From: Eledone cirrhosa
Taxonomy: Eukaryota
Direction: 5' to 3'
Length of the DNA: 64,000 nt
NCBI GenBank assembly: GCA_964016885.1
Contig: OZ024742.1
Location: 133,982,001-134,046,000 of the forward strand
The position numbers and the translations under genes are program-made. Below the pieces are notes generated by a model. The model had not been told where the DNA came from and did no database searches. It saw nothing but the letters and a program-made list of their open reading frames with translations. Of the stretch, positions 1 through 13,776 are shown piece by piece. The first letter of the stretch is position 1, and each line of letters begins with the position of its first letter.

Positions 1-324
1 ATCAGCTCTACTAAAATATAGCTAGGAGCTGTACATATCAAAATTAGATTAAGGAAGTCGTGTCTGAAAGTATCAGAAACATGCGCCATATCACCTGTGG
101 AAATAAGCTCCAAGATTTCAGGTAGTAAATTCGAGCATTTACATTGAATTAAATGTAAGATGACGTATGTATGTAAAATAAACACATCAAAGAGTGCAGG
201 GGTTAATTTTGGAAGCGTGCAAATACACATAGTTACGTAGACAACATAGTAAAAATTAAAAGAATATCTAGACATAACTGCCTTAATGTAATTTTTGATA
301 TATACATATATATATATATAAATA

Positions 325-372
<48 letters not shown>

Positions 373-387
373 TATATGTGTATATAT

Positions 388-438
<51 letters not shown>

Positions 439-455
439 AACACACACCCACACTC

Positions 456-506
<51 letters not shown>

Positions 507-602
507 GGAGGTGAGTTTTATTGTAGCACTGCAATAAAGCAATGCAAATATCGGATATGTAGCACTCTACAGTTTGTAGGACTGGAGTATGAATAATCTA
601 AC

Positions 603-703
603 ATCAAAAGATGGTTAAAAGAGTTCCAAGTATTTTATTATGCGCATTTCAAAAACAAATGCGCATAATAAAATACTTGGACCTCTTTTAACCATCTTTT
701 GAT
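603..703. repeat. Hairpin/inverted repeat, 47-bp arms, 7-nt loop (PLE-type fold-back end)
   Basis: atcaaaagatggttaaaagagttccaagtattttattatgcgcattt-caaaaac-aaatgcgcataataaaatacttggacctcttttaaccatcttttgat; a related single arm lies at ~4895-4940. Confidence 0.85.
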
Positions 704-705
704 CT

Positions 706-736
<31 letters not shown>

Positions 737-739
<3 letters not shown>

Positions 740-794
740 AGATAAATCTACCAAGAGTTTACGGTAGTGTCCAATCCGTATGAAGAACTCAATT
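737..794. repeat. Short repeat terminus, inverted copy at ~48734-48791
   Basis: gtagataaatctaccaagagtttacggtagtgtccaatccgtatgaagaactcaat is the reverse complement of the segment at ~48735-48790; both abut (TA)n. Confidence 0.8.
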
Positions 795-1295
795 ATTCAT
801 TATTTTTTAAATATTTTATATATATATATATATATATACATGCAGAGAGAGAGGGAGGGATATAGAGACAGAGGGAGGGACAGATAGAGAGGGGGAGAGA
901 GAGGGAGGGAGAGAGAGAGAGTGAGATACATATTATTGTACGTTTGTGAGTGGGGCCGTATACGTGCTTAAGTTGTTTGCTGTGATACGCGTTGTCGTAG
1001 GGAAATATTTTCGACAACTACAGATCGAAGAAATACGTACCAGATTGTAAAAGTTACAAAATGATGAACATAAACTTTTAAACTGATTACCTTAGTATGG
1101 CCCCTGTACGACTGGAATAAGTACACATATACACACATACTTTATCTTGCGGATACACACGCGTGTATTGTAAGTGTATATATATATATACATACACACA
1201 TACACATATATGTATATGTATATATATATATGTCCCAAGGCTCTGATACCATCAACACTATAAACACTGAGCTGGCATATCTAAGTACTGACTAA

Positions 1296-1349
1296 CTGCC
1301 TGATGAGGTCATAGGCATTCAATGGCTATCATCGAAATATATATAGCAG
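1296..1349 (+). ncRNA. Minimal type-I hammerhead ribozyme (decayed stem II)
   Basis: ctgc CTGATGA ggtcataggcattcaatggctatcatc GAAA tatata TA gcag, followed by AATAAA; same family as 40555-40609. Confidence 0.7.
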
Positions 1350-1398
1350 CCAATAAAGGATTATGAGTTCATGCAATTGACTTATGTTTCGTCACTAT

Positions 1399-1492
<94 letters not shown>

Positions 1493-1532
1493 ATATTAAA
1501 TATATGGAAAGTATATTTATAAAACCATATTT

Positions 1533-1590
1533 ATTTTATTATATATATTTCAAGGGCAACCAACATTGTTACGCTTTCATCAGATAAAAT
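1533..1590 (-). ncRNA. Minimal type-I hammerhead ribozyme
   Basis: minus strand: attttat CTGATGA aagcgtaac aatgttg gttgccctt GAAA tatata TA ataaaat (7-bp stem I). Confidence 0.75.
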
Positions 1591-1740
1591 ATAAAGTTTG
1601 TTTTATAAATAGAGACATACCCATGAAAATTATACCTAATCGGTTGGAAATTCACTGGATATTTAACTGTTGAGTGCTCTAAATCAGTTATAAATATTTA
1701 TGTTTGTCGGACTTCCAACAAATTAAATACAACTTCTACT

Positions 1741-1772
<32 letters not shown>

Positions 1773-1802
1773 AATATATATATACTCATGTATATATATA
1801 TT

Positions 1803-1833
<31 letters not shown>

Positions 1834-2204
1834 ATATGTGTGTGTGGGGGTTTGTGTGTATATAGCGTGTGTGCTTGTGTGTGTGTGTGTGTGTGTTCAT
1901 TAAACCACATATTTAGAAAGAGAAACGCACCATTCGCTGGCAAGCGCACATACATCGAAAACAGTCCTTGTATCAATTACCTTAGTCTTGCAGTTTATCA
2001 AAGACTTGATATTATGTTACAATTCTTTCGTCTAACCTTAGTTCACCTCTGGCTACATACTTGTAATTATTTCCAGATGTGAAAACATCACGGCAATTGT
2101 ATGTTAACACACATTTTAGAGGGTGTAAACAAATTGCCTGTGCTGTGAATATCTGTGGCCAATTTGAGGAATATGAATACATGCACTTGTATATGAATGT
2201 GTAG

Positions 2205-2291
<87 letters not shown>

Positions 2292-2317
2292 TATATGAAT
2301 GTGGAATAATAATAATA

Positions 2318-2367
<50 letters not shown>

Positions 2368-2387
2368 TATATGAATGTGTAGTAATA

Positions 2388-2439
<52 letters not shown>

Positions 2440-3102
2440 TATATTAATATATGCTTGTACATCTTATATATGTATTAAAGTATGGACATATGAGTAGATA
2501 ACTGTCTATATATGTTTATCAGTTGATATCGATATGATTATAATAGGCGTGATCATACATTATTTCAGTATCTTTCTGTATTTTTTCTATATATATCTGC
2601 GTGTATCTGTATGCGTGTGTCTGCATATGTGTGCGTATGTGTGTGTGTGTGTGTGTGTGAATGTATGAATTTGTGCATGAGTGTAAATTTATGAGTGTGG
2701 GTGAATGATGTCCTTCAAGGACATCGAACAGATTACACTATAGACGTTTTTAAGAGATCGATAAATTAATTTTAACATCAGATGACACGATAGAAATAAG
2801 TTTTAATTGAGAAGCATGGAAAAAAAAAAATATCTATTCGTTTTTGAAATAAATTTGTGTTTACCTACGTATTGTTGCAAGCGTGAAATATGTTTTCATT
2901 TCTACAAACATACACATACAACATGAAATTTAATATAAATATACGCAATATTGGATATATAACATATCTGATTGTATTAACATAAAAAAAGAAATCTTTG
3001 CAATTACTCCGGTAGTCGTGTTCCGCTATTTTCCATTGCTGACGCAGCATCATATGCTACATAGATACCAACTACTATGTATTTAAACAAATTACGAATA
3101 AT

Positions 3103-3312
3103 AATTTCTACTTTAGGCACAAGGCTCGGAAACAGGGGAAAATCAATTAAATCGACACCAGTGCATTATTGGTGCGTTATTATATCATCCTCGTAAGAAT
3201 GAAATGCAAAGCTAACGTTAGCGGGATTTGAATTCAGGCTGTAAAAGGTCGTAACTCTATGCGGCAAAGCATTATGTCTGACGCTCTACCGATACTGCGA
3301 ATCTACCACCCT
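3103..3312 (-). mobile_element. tRNA-derived SINE (octopus-type), diverged copy
   Basis: aggcacaagg...atcgacaccagtgcattattggt...gaatgaaatgcaaag...gggatttgaattcag, shared with 20092, 23669, 24445, 39112 and 40615; B-box-like GTTCAAATCC on the minus strand in better copies. Confidence 0.7.
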
Positions 3313-4244
3313 CACAAATTACGAATTATGAAATTGTATATTCTCTTTAGATCGTAACGTTTCATCAATTTTTCCTAAATATTCTGGGTTGTTGTACTCT
3401 TTTACTCTTTTACCTGCTCCAGCGATCTGGCTGAGGCCATGCTGGGGCATCGTCCTGTTTACTTTTTATATCCCGATTTTTGTTTCTTAAATATGGCAAG
3501 AACCTAATTAGAACCTAATGCTTTATTAATTACTAACAAATAGATTTCTTTAGCAAATTCAGACAATTACTGCTTCTAGTTCATCTCATCTTCGCAGTTG
3601 CAACTTTTCTACAATTACACCAGCTTGCTCACCTAATAAGAATCACTAGGTTTCGAACGACCACCTTTAATCACTGGTCTATTTTGCACGTTGCTAAACT
3701 TGATTTCATCGAATTCATAAACTTCCCTTCAGCAACATACGAGAAATGGAAACCGAATCGTAAACGTGTTAAACAAGAAAAACAATAACATGTGTTTGCT
3801 CTATTGGACAAGAAAAATATAGCTTACAAAATATTCATTAAGAATATTTAAGATATTGATTTGAAGAAAATAATTAAAATAGATATAAAATATTAAACAC
3901 TTCAGGCATTAAAGTATTGAAAACACATGGAAACCGCACTTCTTCAGAGAGACAACCAAGGACAACAAATTCATAAGCAAATATTTGAGCGCACCAGGAT
4001 AAAATCAAAAGTAGTGTAATCGAAATAATTAAGCTAGACTTTGATGTATTGACCAGCGTATTTCAATGCTAGATAAAAATGGATTGAGTGAAGAGCTAGT
4101 CTAGTAGTAGTACCCGAAAATATACACACAGCAATTGAGAACGGCAACTAATCAGATTTATACACAATTGAACGTGAATCACCAAACTAATGTAACATTA
4201 TAACAGGGAAATGGTATCTGAAATAATGTATCGACATACACCCA

Positions 4245-4322
<78 letters not shown>

Positions 4323-4328
<6 letters not shown>

Positions 4329-4793
4329 GATATTAACAAATGGAAACTATATTTATAAAACCATATTTATTTCATTATACATATTTCAAGAATACCGTGT
4401 TAAATTATGGTATTCCTTCATCAGACAAAATACAATATATACCAGTTTTATAAATAAACATTGACGCACCCTTTCAAAATACAACCGTTACTTTTGGAAG
4501 ACATCGGGATGTCAGGATATCCTGATGTCTTCCAAAAGTAACGGTTGCATTTTGAAAGGGTACGTCAATGTTTATTTATAAAACTACTTATATATTGTAT
4601 TTTGTCTGATGAAGGCATACTATAATTTAACATGGTATCCTTGAAATATGTATAATGAAATAAATATGGTTTTATAAATATAGTTTCCATTTGTTAATAT
4701 CGTATATTTACTCCAAATACTTGTCGAGTGCTTTATATCAGTTATAACAATATTTGCTTGTCGTATCCCAACAATTTAAATATAACTTTTGCA
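4323..4793 (+). mobile_element. Short non-autonomous PLE-like element: ~190-bp-arm palindrome (centre ~4515) plus tail, with an HHR in each arm (4369-4431 minus, 4599-4661 plus)
   Basis: attttgt CTGATGA aggcatactataatttaacatggtatcctt GAAA tatgta TA atgaaat; same family at 1488-1740, 14430-14700 and 53056-53520. Confidence 0.75.
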
Positions 4794-4951
4794 TATATAT
4801 ATATATATATATATTTATATGTGTATTTGTATGTGCGTGTAAATGTATATATATATAAATATAAATATGTAGAAGGTGAGTAATATTGTATTCGAAATGC
4901 GCATAATAAAACATATGGAACTCTTTAAACATCTTTTAATTTCTTCTTTAT

Positions 4952-5006
<55 letters not shown>

Positions 5007-5087
5007 CACGAAAAATTAACGGAGCCATAGACTCTCGTTATTTCCTGTAAATAATGTACTCAAAGGAAATAGAATCCTGAGCTCTTT

Positions 5088-5560
5088 AAAATACAATATG
5101 TTGAAAAGACACTCTATAGAGAGCCAGTGTGAATCAATAAAACAAGGAAAACCACCAGTATATGGAATCTATAATCTAAGGAAGGTAGGGTAGACACACA
5201 ACACTTAAAAATATAAATTAAAATGTATATACGTACCTTTATATCTATATAACACACACGTATAAATCCAAAGAGATCTGTTTCGCCAGGAAGTTGTTGA
5301 CTGAAATGGAATAACCTATAGTTCAGCAGCGCGTGCAATACTATACATTCCAGACAACTCTAAGAGAATCTAAAGCGACCTTCCAGCTACACGCGGCAGA
5401 GAGATATCACAGCGTGCTTAGGGCAGGGAACCAGGGGTATCTGAAGGAAGAGCTGCTAGAAAGGACAGCCAAAAAAAACACTCAATTAAGTGTGCTGGTG
5501 GTTTTCCTTGTTTTAACGATGACAGGCTTCTCTCTATAATGTGTTACCTTTTCAACATAT

Positions 5561-5568
<8 letters not shown>
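5088..5568. repeat. Element with ~85-bp diverged terminal inverted repeats
   Basis: aatatgttgaaaag...aaaacaaggaaaaccaccag versus ctggtggttttccttgtttt...cttttcaacatatt; flanked by (TA)n. Confidence 0.6.
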
Positions 5569-5647
<79 letters not shown>

Positions 5648-8600
5648 GTTAAAGAAAGAAGAGTAACATGGTTAGGTGTACAATAAGGGCTTTATTTAAA
5701 GTACTGAAAATTGTTTCGTTGATCAGGTGTGTCTAGAGTTCGCTAATCGCTTGAGGTTGCGTCAATCCATCTCCAATACATTGTTTACCATTGGTCAACA
5801 CATCAGAGCATGTAGATATGAAAATAATTCACTCGAGGCAAGACTTATATAGAGGAGTAGCGTAAAACAAAATAATAGCATTAATAATTAAATAGCGTAT
5901 AAGTAAACAATGACATCAATAATTTATATTGTAAATAGACAGAGAAGTTACAGATCTAAAAAGTGACAAGTAAAATTTAAGATAGGGTACATTAAAATAT
6001 AATAATAATAAGAAGAAAATGAGGAAATGGAAAACACAAAGAAATAAAAGAATAAAAGAGTGAGACAGTATAGTTAGAATTAGATTTTAGAACTTCTTGA
6101 GGAAGTGTTTTTGGTGCTAACATGAGAGGCCAGATTTGAGATGTAGATTAATTTGTGTGGAGGGTCCGATAAAATAAAAGATAATAAAATAGAGATTAAT
6201 TGTTGTATACTACTTATGTGTTGACAGGGCATTTGATTAACGTTCGTTGTAGATGTTTTGTTGGTTGTTGTATCTTAATGAGATTGACAGAGAGGGCGGA
6301 AGAAGTGTACAGAGATTTATGGTCCTGTGATCAGTTGGCAGTCTGATAGCTAATTACGGTGTGTAAGTGTGTATTCTATATGTTAAAGTCCAGGTGGTTC
6401 AGTACTAAATTTGGGATTGCTGGTTCGAATCATGGTGGTTTGTAGTTTGTAAATCTAGTAGCTGTTTTATGCCTACAGAAAATGGATCTTTCTATTTTGC
6501 TGTTAAGCAGCATCTTATCGTACCTTAAAATATGTAGCTGTTCTAAATTACAGAGGGATATACCGTTGTTGTAGGCTTTTGCTGCCGATAATTTTGACCA
6601 GCTAATCTTGTAATCTAGGATTTTGTCCTTAAGCTGCCAGAATTTATTGGCGAGCGTTGTAGAAATCGCCATTGCATGGTCCCTCATGGAGTGTCTGTGG
6701 ACGTACCACCTATTCTTAAACTCCCCAGCTGTGAAACCTATTTAGTGACATTTAGAGCTGCCTGAATTCACAGTACACAGGTATACCATGCTCGAATCCA
6801 GGCATTTATTCCGTAGTGGAGACTTATCTGGCAGGTGGCAATTACAATTTGAGGTTTTATTTTGTGCATGTTTTTCATTGCGGTTTTGTAAATTGTTGTG
6901 GGTGGGTTGTGATTTAGGCCTATTAGTGTTTTGTTGTGATGCGTTCTGATGCGTTTGTTGTTGTGATCTTGTTATGTGTTTGCGTTTTGTATTTGGTGCT
7001 ATGGTGCGCGTTGGTAGGGTAATTTCCTTAGAGATATTTTTGTGGTTGATCTTACGTATGTGCGATTCTATGTTGGGCGCAGTAGAATGTGTAAGTTTTA
7101 TAGTTTTTCTATTGAAGATTGTATGGTATCTGTGTGTTGTAGGGAAGTGTTTATCTATTAGTTTAAAGAATGTAGAAGGTACTTTAGTTTTAATAGAGGA
7201 GTTGAAAATCGGATTGAACCATATCTACTTTCTTTCTCTGGTTCTTCTATAGTTTTGGGGGTTCCTATTGTTTTTGGCGCTCTTTGTCTAATTCTATGCT
7301 TAGTCCTATGCTTGTTATTTCTGTATGAGCGAGTAGTGTTGATGTCATTAGGTTTGTTGTTGTTGTCTCTATCTTGTATGTATTGTAGCTTCTCCCTATA
7401 TCCAGCCTTATGTAAAGCTAATTTATAATAGTTTGCGTATTCGTTAAAAATGTCTAGGTTCGAAGATAAGCGGGATATTCTGAGGGATATACTATGTGCT
7501 ATGGTGGTATTTATGGATCAGGGGTGGTTTGAGTTGTAACTAATGCAGGCAAGATTTTCATTATTCTTATGGAAATGCTCTATTAATCCTGTGTTTCGGT
7601 TGAGAATTACATCTAAGAAATTTGCTTTTTTAGAGTTAAGTTCGAAAGTGATAACTAGGCCAAGTTTTTTGAAGAATATTCTGATGTTTTTTCGTAATCT
7701 TTCTATGTTCTGATTATTTAAGTTTTTGGCTATAAGGAACCTATCGACTCTATAAATTCCTCCTTGGAGGTTATTGAATTCCTTATTTAAGTTGTGCGCT
7801 ATGTATATTCCCACCACGTCTGTTATTTGAGCTGAGTGGTTAGATCTCATTGTGATATCGAAGCTATTCTGTCTGTTCTTTTCTTTCCCAGTAATTATTT
7901 TCGAATAATAGCAGCTAGTATTATTCACATTTCGTCTGAGGTAAGGTCCGAATTATTCTGGGCTTTACCCAGGGTGACTGGGGAAATGGATGAGTAGTAG
8001 TCATTTATGTCGAATTGTATAAAGTTGCATGTTTCTCTATTGCTTATTTTGCTGAACCAGTCTATTGCTTCGTTAGTGTTACCCCATTGCTTAATAACTA
8101 GTTTGTCATTAATTTGTGCGATTACTCTATCTAGAATAAACTTGTTAATTCTACCGATATACGACTTAGATTGGCATATTAATATAATTGTGGGGTTTGT
8201 TTCAAAATTATGTTTGTGATACTTAAGGTTAAATGTGGGGTTACAAGGGTTTAGAGGCTCGGTTCTATCGGATATTTTCAGTTTGTTTACTATGCTTAGT
8301 CCTTCCATATTAATGCTAGTGAGTGCAGATTCAGTTGTTTTGTTTGTATTTTATGTGCAATACCCGGTGTATACATTTTGTGTATGTATTGAGTCTCATG
8401 ATGTATACGTTTGATGTTTTGTCTCGTTTTACTATAATACCGTTAGTATTGCGTAGTTTTTTAGTAGTGCATTGATGTCGTTTTGCAATTTGTTGTGATG
8501 TGTCGGTTTTTTAATGTCGTTCCACTTATCATGTTCATGAGGTCAAGCTCGAAGGCATCGAGCTGGAGGTTATTTGGTGTGTTTTTACAGGATTTGAATG

Positions 8601-8760
8601 CGTAATTTTCCTTAGTAAATTCCTCCGTGTTATTAGCGGGTCATTTGTCGTAATGATATGCCTTCCATCGGATTCGACGGATGAAATCATTAGTATGTTG
8701 TATCAGCCAACCATGTTACTCTTCTTTCTTTAACTATTATTACTCCAAATATAATCTTAA
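5648..8760 (-). mobile_element. Degraded, near full-length Penelope-like retroelement (RT + GIY-YIG endonuclease)
   Basis: minus-strand fragments NDFIRRIRWKAY (~8655-8690), FIQFDINDYYSSIS (RT motif A, 7925-8308), MRSNHSAQITDVVG..GGIYRVD..NFLDVILN..SNHP (7518-7928), CLDSSMVYLCTV...*IGFTAGEFKNRW and STTLANKFWQLK..ISW..LCNLE (GIY-YIG, 6430-6840); many stops and frameshifts. Confidence 0.9.
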
Positions 8761-8897
8761 TAGAAATTACCCTGAACTCGCTGCATAACTATGGAAACAT
8801 TTTGTTGAGTCAAAGAAAGCCGTACGTTAAAAGCATCCACGACGCGGAGTACTCCAACCGGATTACCTCTAACTGGATTACCTATAAAGATAAATTG

Positions 8898-8998
<101 letters not shown>

Positions 8999-9202
8999 TT
9001 ATATATATATACAGATTAAAATAACGGATTAAAGTTTAAGCAAAGAATCGCTATCCTTTTCGAGCCCTCTTTGGATTTTAGTCTTCAAATTTATGATTAT
9101 TACTATATATATATATATATATATAACGAAGGAAATGTGGTAAGGAACCAGGTGGACCATAACGCACCAAAGTACTCAATACTTGAGGTAGTAGAGTGGG
9201 TA

Positions 9203-9313
9203 ATAGGAACCAGTAAGACCCCGACAGCTGAGCTCAAGCCGTTTCGACGGCTAATTCTGGACTGAATTAGCCGTCGAAACGGCTTGAGCTCAGCTGTCGG
9301 GGTCTTACTGGTT

Positions 9314-9318
<5 letters not shown>
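9203..9318. repeat. Perfect hairpin, 55-bp arms, 6-nt loop
   Basis: ataggaaccagtaagaccccgacagctgagctcaagccgtttcgacggctaattc-tggact-reverse complement. Confidence 0.9.
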
Positions 9319-9377
<59 letters not shown>

Positions 9378-9609
9378 TATTATAAATGTAAGCTATCACC
9401 GTATTTTGACTAAAGAAATTAAATATATTATTTAGCCTGATAAGGGGGTTTAGAACCCTCGGAGAAATGGAAAAAGATGAGTATTGACGTACATGTACGT
9501 CAATACTCATCTTTTTCCATTTCTCCGAGGGTTCTCAACCCCACTATCAGTCTAAATGATGTCTTTAATTTCTTTAGTCAAAATACGGTGATAGCTTACA
9601 TTTATAATA
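9378..9609. repeat. Loopless palindrome, 116-bp arms
   Basis: centre gacgtacatgtacgtc at 9493/9494; the arms match with a few substitutions. Confidence 0.9.
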
Positions 9610-9831
9610 ATTTCAAACTCGCTCGCTGATTCGAAAATATTATTACATATATATATATATATATATATAATATTAGGGATAATATTTATGGTTATGTATA
9701 TCTTAAAACTTGTTATAGTTATGCATATTTTAAACCCTAAACAGTGAAGGTCAGTGATTTATTACTACCTTATTACCAGTAAGATAAATAGCTCAATGTA
9801 ATAACATCAGTTGTTCTACAGAGCATTTATA

Positions 9832-12800
9832 TAGAATTCACAAGAATCAAAGCTATTTTCAAAGCATTTATTCACTTACAATTGTTTCATCTAAACCTAG
9901 GCTTGGTACTTCGGACCATTTTTCAATGTTTGTACACATAATTGATCTCCTTTCCAACGCAAGAGACATATAGATACATATATATATATATATTGATGTA
10001 CAGTGGAGTGACATGTATTATACTAAACTAGTTTTGTACAGCAATTAAAATTGAAAATCAAAATCAAAATCAAAATTAAAATACATTCGGCAGATAACAC
10101 AGATAATGCAAGAGGATAGTTTGATAGTCAGATCTAGTAGATAGTGTATGTGTTAGTTACACATGGAGCATGCAAGTGTGTCTCATTATTATACTATTGT
10201 TGTGTGGCAGGGTGTTACACGTAATGCAAGCACTTTAAGCGGGTAAGCAAGATTATTATGGTGGTTGTAGTGGTAAGGTATATTTTGTATATAACAAAAA
10301 AGTATGTGTGCAGAAAAATAAAAAGAAAAAGAAGAAGCAAAAGAAAGTTATGGTTTTTGTATCCACCACCATTTTCACATTCCCAAAAAGTAAGATATAG
10401 CTTCTACATCCATCACAGAAGTAACGATGATTCCGTAATCAACTTAATATAGATACTTTTAGTACATCATGATAGAGTAGACTGTTTTAAAAATTGGAAA
10501 CCAGATATAAATGTATAACCGTCTATATTCTATTCTATTCTAAAGCGGGTAAAATTCCCGAGATCCATGGACGAGTTCCCTCCAGCGGTCTCTGTCCCTC
10601 ATTATCGCTGCCATGTCCTGCGTCTCCAACAGAGCAGTGTCTGTCCTTAAGGCATCAACATACGTTAACCTTGGTCTTCCACTTCTAGTGTGTCCATGTA
10701 GGGGATCCCAAAGGAGCACTGAGTGCAATGTCAACTCTGGATGTTGGTGAGCATGTCCAGCTAACCTCAGTCTCCTCTGTGTCACTTTTGAGCTGACTTT
10801 TGGGATGCTCCCATACAGCTCTGAGTTCTTCATCCTCAGTGTATACTGATTAATGTTCAGAGCCATCCTCAGCATTCTCGTGCAGCACCCATCCACCATC
10901 TGAGTGAGTTTCTTGGTCAGTGTTGAAGTCTCAGACCCATACAGCAGCACAGACTCCACTACAGCAATGAAGAGGCGGATGTTCAGGTCTCTACGAAAGT
11001 CCGACTTCCACACCGATCTCAAGCTGTGGCACGCCGCCCAGGCCTTGCTCTTTCTCTCAACCACATCATCTTCCGTATTCCCAATCTTTGCTCCCAAATA
11101 CAGGAAGTCCTCAACCAATTGTAGCGGCTCCCGCCTACATTAGTGATCCCCTCTGGCTTCTCAACATTCTCTACCAGATATTTTGTTTTAGTCTCATTCA
11201 TTCTCAGCCCCACATTCATCGACACATCTCAACCTCCCGCATCAAATCCTCTGTCTCCTTCAATGTATTTGTCACCAAAACTATGTCGTCGGCAAATTCA
11301 GCATCCGATACATTTTTCGCCCTAACTCTCCTGCTCTGAGCGGTGCTGCAGTAAAGCCAGACTCCTGGTGTTTCTCCAGTGCAAGGCGCATACAATAGTC
11401 CACTACGATGATAAAAAGGTAGGGAGCCAATGTATCTCCCTGGAGCACTCCAGCCAGTATCTCAAAGAACTGTGTCATCCCATCAGGTGTTATGACTTGG
11501 GCTTTGGTGTTGGTGTAGAGCAGTGATAGCAGGTCCACTATCTTCTTGGGGATTCCATAGGCCTGTAAGATCTTCATCAGGCAGTAACGGTCCACATAAT
11601 CAAAGGCCTTCCTAAAGTCAATGAAAACCATGACCGCAGGAAGGCACTTTGCTCTAGCTCCCTCTAATATATTCCTCAGCATCAGGATGTGACTGGTGGT
11701 TGATCTACCCTCTCTGAAGCCGTTCTGGTTGTCCCTGAGCTTCTTCTCCATCTCAGGCTGGATCCTGTTAAGAATCATCCTGTTTAGGGTCTTTGCCACA
11801 AGTGACATCAGTGAGATCCCCCTGTAGTTGTTGGTGTTAGAGAGATCTCCCTTCTTTGGCACTGGGACGATGTTACTGATTCGGGGCAACACCTTTCTCC
11901 AGTGCCCCGTTACAGAACCCCAGGATGATATCACCAAAATCACACCTCTTCATCACCTCTGATGCCACTCAATCTTCTCCATGAGCCTTGCTCTCCTTGA
12001 TCTTCTTCTTGGCTCTCTGAAGCTCCTCTCTGGTGAAGGGCTCTGTCTCAATATCCAGTTCCTCAAACAGCCGCCTGATCTCCCCAGTGCTCTGGTCTGT
12101 GGAGGGTGGCTCTCCTAGTAGGGTCCTAAAATGGTCTAGCCATTTCCTCTTCCTATCCTCGGGCCCCGTTCTATGGATCTGACTCGAACAACTTCTCTTC
12201 CTCCCTGTGATCTCGTTGATGATCATCCAGCTCTTACATCCAGATCTGTCAACCGCTCTCTCCACACTTCTGATCTTCTCTATCAGTGCCTCCTCCCCGA
12301 CCTCAGTGTAAGCGGTGATAGCTCTTCCCTCATCACCTCCACAGTCTCCATCCTCTCCTCCGTAGGATCAGCATATAATTGGTCCTTGGCAGCTTTCAGG
12401 TGTTCTCTGGCTGCACACACTTTTGGGTTTGCAGAGCTGACGTGCTTCCCTTTGTTCTTTTTCCTCGGCACCAGGGTTTTATTTGCTACCCCCACTGCAT
12501 TGGTGAAGTGCCCGTACCTCCTCGTCACACTCTCCTTAGTCCATCCAATCTCCCTCTCCTCTGACTCTCCACACAGAGCACTAAACCTGTTTCTCACTTC
12601 CACTGTGAAACTCTCCTGTAGCTTATCATCTTCCTTGAAAGCTCCCCAGTCATAGATTGCTCTCCGGGGCCGAACCTTGCTCTTTCTTAAGCTCACCCGG
12701 ACCTCACTCATAACAAGCCGGTGGTCACTACCCAGTGTACTGAAATAGTTGTATGGTTCCGTGTTCAGAACACTATTCCCCCCACTTTTTCCTCACCAGA

Positions 12801-13696
12801 ATGAAATCAATCTGGGACTTGGACAGGTGCATATCTGAGATGTAGATCCATATCTTCTCCAGATTCTATATAAGGGAAACAATTGAGGCGCCTTATAATG
12901 TATGTTAGAACAATGAATTTAGTTATGAAATTCGGCTAGTTACCTCCCCTTACGCATTAACTCCCCTTAATTACACACATACTTCCGGGTAATAAACCGC
13001 TGTAAATTCTCGCAGCAGAATCAACCTGTTCTATAAACTTTGATTAAATAACACTGAGCCTGAATAGGCTAAAATTATTTATTTTAATGCATCAAACATT
13101 CAATACCGAATCATCGTTATTATGTGATGGATGTAGAAGCTATATCTTACTTTTTCGGAATGTGAAAATGGTGGTGGATACAAAAACCATAACTTTCTTT
13201 TGCTTCTTCTTTTTCTTTTTATTTTTCTGCACACATACTTTTTTTGTTCTATACAAACAATACCTTACCACTACAACCACCATAATAATCTTGCTTACCC
13301 GCTTAAAGTGCTTGCATTACGTGTAACACCCTGCCACACAATAATAGTATAAAAAGGAGACACACTTGAATGCTCCATGTGTAACTAACGCATACACTAC
13401 CTACTAGATCTGACTATCAAACTAACCTCTTGCATTATCTGTGTTATCTGCCGAATGTATTTTAATTTTGATTTTGATTTTAATTTTGAATTTGAATTTG
13501 AATTGCTGTGCAAAAATAGTTTAGTATAATACATGTCACTCCACTGTACATCAATATATATATATATGTATCTATATGTCTCTTGCGTTGGAAAGGAGGT
13601 CAATTATGTGTACAAACATTGAAAAATGGTCCGAAGATTCCAAGCCTAGGTAAGCCTAGGTAAGTGAATACATGCTTTGAACATAGCTTTGATTCT

Positions 13697-13706
<10 letters not shown>
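9832..13706. repeat. ~600-bp inverted repeat pair (9832-10437 / 13103-13706), probable inverted PLE pseudo-LTRs, split by an RTE insertion
   Basis: for example gatatagcttctacatccatcaca (10395) versus tgtgatggatgtagaagctatatc (13123); agaattcacaagaatcaaagcta versus tagctttgattcttgtgaattct. Confidence 0.85.
10529..12864 (-). mobile_element. 5'-truncated RTE-type non-LTR retrotransposon (end of APE endonuclease + RT), frameshifted
   Basis: SQIDFILV..GSDHRLV (APE end), PKKGDLSNTNNYRGISLMS, QNGFREGRS, FIDFRKAFD, GVLQGDTLAPYLF, FLYLG, VLLYGSE, RRLRLAGH, GRPRLTY; (TAGAA)3 3' tail; candidate TSD TCTATAT at 10522-10528 and 12865-12871. Confidence 0.93.

Positions 13707-13776
<70 letters not shown>

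Noticed and set aside
5690-5790. HHR at the 3' end of the first Penelope (also GAAACAATTGT motifs at ~9880, ~13835, ~18445)
   Set aside because: The GAAA-palindrome half is present but the CUGANGA box and stem I are not recoverable, so these are probably decayed and are not called
9430-9480. CTGATAA..GAAA as a hammerhead
   Set aside because: No stem III/UH or stem I partner, and the core differs between the two arms
12173-12655. 160-aa plus-strand ORF
   Set aside because: Antisense shadow of the RTE ORF
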